A program made the position numbers and the translations under genes. Below are positions 41,508 through 44,214 of a DNA stretch of 44,214 nt, one piece after another. The stretch's first letter is position 1; each line of letters starts with the position of its first letter. The DNA comes from a virus. A model generated the notes under the pieces. The model worked only from the letters and a program-made list of their open reading frames with translations. It was not told the DNA's origin and did no database searches. The DNA is taken from positions 1 to 44,214 of IMG/VR virus record IMGVR_UViG_3300045988_038936. One strand, written 5' to 3'.

Positions 41508-41941
41508 TTCGTAGCCCGCGCCTTCGCCCAAGCCTGGAGAGCAACCACGCCGGCAGACTCAGCCTCAGACTCGTCCACGCGGTTGATCTCGATCTGCACG
41601 CGCCGACGGTCACCCTCGGTGAGAAGGAGGCTGGTGAGCATCGTGTTCACGGCCGCCAGCATCGTAGGGGAACGCCGATCCTGCATCTTGTAGTTCGACA
41701 GGTCATCGCAGGTGGAGTAGAGGACGATCCAGTCTGACGGCTCGTAGTAGCGGGTGAACGTGGACTGCTCCACAGCCTTCCACAGCTTCTTAGCGATCGG
41801 GTGCCAGTCAGGGTCAGGCTTAGGGGGCTTCACCTTATCGGCGACCACATTCACGGGCTCCACGCCGCCATCGAGCTTCCTCGCCTGCGTAGTGCGATGA
41901 CCCTCCGTGCTGCGCTTCGGGATCGGTCCCTTAACTCCCAT
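41504..41941 (-). CDS. terS: Terminase small subunit (P27 family)
   Basis: MGVKGPIPKRSTEGHRT...PDWHPIAKKLWKAV...EPSDWIVLYSTCDDLS. Confidence 0.8.
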   Translation of the reverse strand: MGVKGPIPKRSTEGHRTTQARKLDGGVEPVNVVADKVKPPKPDPDWHPIAKKLWKAVEQSTFTRYYEPSDWIVLYSTCDDLSNYKMQDRRSPTMLAAVNTMLTSLLLTEGDRRRVQIEINRVDESEAESAGVVALQAWAKARATK

Positions 41942-41950
41942 CGTCGTCTC

Positions 41951-42265
41951 CTACAAGTATCCGGGGTGCTTACTCTTAGGCCGTGGGCCTCGAGCCTTAT
42001 TGCGACCAGTATAGCGGCGCTTGCGGGCCTCTACGGATTGCTGCTGCGTTCTCGCCATGTGGCAGTGCTGGCAGAGGCTCCTCAGGTTATCCGGCACATG
42101 GGGGCCATCGGGGAAGATATGGTCCACCTGGTTTGCAGGGTTGCCGCAGAACACGCACACGCCACCATCCCTTTTGAGGACTGTCTGCCTGATCTTCGCC
42201 CAGTCCTTAGGGAGCTCCTTACGGCGACGAGATTGCTTACTCCACGCCACCAGCACTGACTCCAT
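41951..42265 (-). CDS. HNH endonuclease (packaging-associated)
   Basis: LKRDGGVCVFCGNPANQVDHIFPDGPHVPDNLRSLCQHCH; directly upstream of terS. Confidence 0.8.
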   Translation of the reverse strand: MESVLVAWSKQSRRRKELPKDWAKIRQTVLKRDGGVCVFCGNPANQVDHIFPDGPHVPDNLRSLCQHCHMARTQQQSVEARKRRYTGRNKARGPRPKSKHPGYL

Positions 42266-42470
42266 GAAGCTCAACATCCGCATACACTCCGCGATCAAAG
42301 AGCATGCGCGCCAGGATCGCCTCAACCCGACTGCGAGCGTCGATAAACCTGGCCTCCGCCTCATCCAGGAGGTCATCGGCGACTGGAGCGCTCAGACCGA
42401 ATGCCTCTAGATCGTCAACATTACGACTAGTCTCCCTCAAGGAGTCGACAGCCCGCTCAAAAACCTCCAT
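42237..42470 (-). CDS. Hypothetical acidic protein
   Basis: TGATG overlap with the upstream gene. Confidence 0.5.
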   Translation of the reverse strand: MEVFERAVDSLRETSRNVDDLEAFGLSAPVADDLLDEAEARFIDARSRVEAILARMLFDRGVYADVELHGVSAGGVE

Positions 42471-42739
42471 CACAGGACCCCCATCTCCAGCTGGACCGTC
42501 GCGTCGAAACCATACCGGTCTCCCACGAACATCTCCAGCTGCTCCTCAATGGCCTCCTGCGCCTCCTGGACGCGAATAACCGCCTCACCCTGCTCAGCGT
42601 CACGCCTATGCGCCGGCACATCCCACGCACCACACTGGTCGGCATCATTCAGGGCGTCACGCAGCTCGTCCGCAGCACAGTCCATGGCAGCCAGCATCGC
42701 CTTCTCGTGCACCGACGCAATCCTCTCCACGGCACTCAT
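42470..42739 (-). CDS. Hypothetical protein (89 aa)
   Basis: ATGA overlap. Confidence 0.55.
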   Translation of the reverse strand: MSAVERIASVHEKAMLAAMDCAADELRDALNDADQCGAWDVPAHRRDAEQGEAVIRVQEAQEAIEEQLEMFVGDRYGFDATVQLEMGVL

Positions 42740-43005
42740 CGCACATCACCCGGGTAGGTCATAGACACACCCTCATTCGACGGGGAGCCCTCGCGAATAT
42801 CGAACAGGAACGACGGCTTAGCGTCCTTCCCGCCGAAGTAGGCGTGCTGGATCGACAGATAGTCACCCGGGTAGACGTACATGTCACGCTGACCCTCATT
42901 CCTGAAAATCAGCGTCCCATCATTCGTTCGCTCAGGATGATTGTCGCAGAGGATCACATCCACCTCAGGGGCGGCCTTGTCACCATAGACGAGCAGATAC
43001 AGCAT
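42736..43005 (-). CDS. Hypothetical protein (89 aa)
   Basis: ATG 43005 after GAAAGGAAAC. Confidence 0.6.
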   Translation of the reverse strand: MLYLLVYGDKAAPEVDVILCDNHPERTNDGTLIFRNEGQRDMYVYPGDYLSIQHAYFGGKDAKPSFLFDIREGSPSNEGVSMTYPGDVR

Positions 43006-43016
43006 AGGGTTTCCTT

Positions 43017-43424
43017 TCACCAGATGTTGGATCGCTTACTGGAAGGGAGGGGGCAGGGCTCGATACATGGGTGACCCATCTCGGCCAGCTCCCTGACGGT
43101 CGGATACGTCTTCCGAGCCTCCTTCGCGCACGCCGAGCACTTCCCCTGCCCTGAGTAGAGGCGCGTACCCGGCCAGTCCTTCACGGAGCTCCGCGGGGGG
43201 CGCATCTTCTGGCCGCACGAGGTGCACTTGTGCTCGACCGTCCAGTCGATGAGCGCCTTGGGGGTGCATCCCCGCAGCAGCTCCCGATAGCAGGGGTTGC
43301 AGGTTCCTCGCCCGCCGTAGGGCTTAGTGCCGGGGAACTCTTTCGCCGTAGTGCGCGGGGGCCGGTAGGGCTCGCCGCAGTGTGTGCACTTTGGGAACTG
43401 GCGGTCGGTGTTGGGGTTGGTCAT
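43017..43424 (-). CDS. Tandem double zinc-ribbon protein
   Basis: ATG 43424 after GAAAGGATC; CTHCGEPYRPPR..FPGT..GTCNPC and CTSCGQKMRPPR..WPGT..GKCSAC internal duplication. Confidence 0.65.
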   Translation of the reverse strand: MTNPNTDRQFPKCTHCGEPYRPPRTTAKEFPGTKPYGGRGTCNPCYRELLRGCTPKALIDWTVEHKCTSCGQKMRPPRSSVKDWPGTRLYSGQGKCSACAKEARKTYPTVRELAEMGHPCIEPCPLPSSKRSNIW

Positions 43425-43453
43425 GGTTGATCCTTTCGGTGACTGACCTAGGC

Positions 43454-43482
43454 ATTCTACCACAGCAAAGGGCTCTAGGTAA
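43454..43482 (-). promoter_or_regulatory. Candidate promoter of the leftward arm, TTACCT-N17-TAGAAT with TG extension
   Basis: Minus strand reads TTACCTagagccctttgctgTGgTAGAAT about 30 nt upstream of the first leftward start codon. Confidence 0.5.
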
Positions 43483-43486
43483 AGGC

Positions 43487-43548
43487 GAGGCCCGCCGGGC
43501 ATACGGAGAAGGAAAGGAAACTTCACTCCGACCCATCCGGCGGGCCTC
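43487..43548. other. 12-bp perfect inverted repeat GAGGCCCGCCGG / CCGGCGGGCCTC with a 38-nt loop, just upstream of that promoter
   Basis: Read directly. Confidence 0.7.
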
Positions 43549-43692
43549 TATCAGCACGACCATCCTACATGCGACGACGGAGCGAGCGCAACACTCCGGA
43601 ATCTCCGGGTAGTTCACACCCCCAAGTGCGCCCGAAGCCGTGTAAGCCAATCTGAGGGCCTTTTGTGACCCCACCCAGGCCAGCACACACAC

Positions 43693-43995
43693 TCACCCCC
43701 GTTCGGCCGCCAGAGAGCCTCCCAGACCCCCTCCTGGGCCGCCGGCGCCCCACCGACGCCGCGCCACCGAGGCCCAACCCTCTCTGGAGAGCGTCAACCA
43801 ACTAGAGACGATCAACCCAACGTAACCACAACCCAACCCACTGCTTGGCTCTAGAGCAAGGAAGTCTTCAAGATCAGGTTCCGTCTCGGTACAGCAAGGA
43901 AGGGCAATGACGACGAAGGCGTCTCTGAGCGCTCCAACTCGATCAGGCGACCAAGGATCAACTAGGGCCAGGTACGTGACTAGCCAACGAGCCAT
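43693..43995 (-). CDS. Doubtful ORF (100 aa from ATG 43995)
   Basis: N-terminal half looks protein-like (MARWLVTYLALVDPWSPDRVGALRDAFVVIALP); the tail is Gly/Arg junk-like and many codons are T-ending. Confidence 0.2.
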   Translation of the reverse strand: MARWLVTYLALVDPWSPDRVGALRDAFVVIALPCCTETEPDLEDFLALEPSSGLGCGYVGLIVSSWLTLSREGWASVARRRWGAGGPGGGLGGSLAAERG

Positions 43996-44107
43996 CTCCT
44001 CGTCCTTGCTCTCGTGGACCAACTGGACTGAAGGCCAAGGCGACGACCAAGGACCAACGGTCCGACGGTCGGAGCGTAGCGAAGATCGAAGCGTCGTGCG
44101 CACGCGC

Positions 44108-44150
44108 GAAATATCTAAGTTCTTTTAAGTAGTTCACTTCATTAGTTAGT
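44108..44150. other. AT-rich tract adjoining the repeat array
   Basis: GAAATATCTAAGTTCTTTTAAGTAGTTCACTTCATTAGTTAGT is the most AT-rich stretch I saw in the window. Confidence 0.8.
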
Positions 44151-44214
44151 GTGCCACTGGTGACACAGGTCTGTGCCACTGGTGACACAGGTCTGTGCCA
44201 CTGGTGACACAGGT
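44151..44214. repeat. Right copy of the 22-bp tandem repeat array (2 full units + 20 nt)
   Basis: Units start at 44151, 44173, 44195. Confidence 0.95.

Noticed and set aside
43907-44128. A plus-strand 73-aa ORF with a plausible SD.
   Set aside because: Its product is Ser/Thr/Arg-rich and low in complexity, it overlaps the equally doubtful minus-strand ORF, and its codon use is unconvincing. It is left uncalled.
1-44214. A lysogeny module (integrase, CI-like repressor, ParAB).
   Set aside because: I read all ORFs of 60 aa or more on both strands. None shows tyrosine or serine recombinase, repressor-peptidase or ParA Walker motifs, so lifestyle cannot be called temperate from this sequence.

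Overview
The window reads as a complete or near-complete ~44.2-kb genome of a siphovirus-type dsDNA phage of a high-GC Gram-positive (actinobacterial-type) host. The first 55 nt are identical to the last 55 nt (a 22-bp tandem-repeat array), so the molecule is either circular or permuted as assembled, or has a short direct terminal repeat. There are two convergent arms. The rightward early/replication arm (126-16328) encodes wHTH and DnaD-like proteins, DnaB helicase, a C5 DNA methyltransferase, HNH nucleases, a lipoprotein cassette, Erf, an Hjc-like resolvase, SSB, small zinc-ribbon proteins and an intein-containing metallophosphoesterase. The leftward late arm (43424 down to 16388) encodes HNH, TerS (P27 type), an intein-containing TerL, portal, MuF-like protein, scaffold, major capsid, connectors, major tail, frameshifted chaperones, tape measure, minor tail proteins, a three-domain endolysin, a holin, and then a second tail-fibre/depolymerase-like module. 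The arms meet at a 19-bp perfect-stem bidirectional terminator (16334-16381). I saw no integrase, repressor, partition system, CRISPR array, rRNA or intact tRNA. Observations worth following up:
- Three arrays of a 19-bp iteron, one inside the erf coding sequence (lambda-ori-like).
- Two paralogous class-3-type LAGLIDADG inteins.
- A 3.2-kb gene block (2063-5275) whose codons avoid G/T at wobble positions, interrupted by a 72-nt patch at the DnaB P-loop.
- A four-fold repeated promoter-leader module, two copies with a fixed-distance 21-bp upstream box.
- A self-contained lipoprotein cassette.
- A tRNA-derived fragment.
- A Spherulin-4/GH135-like domain fused to a fibre protein downstream of the lysis genes.
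All product calls rest on motif recognition by eye. No database search or folding computation was run.
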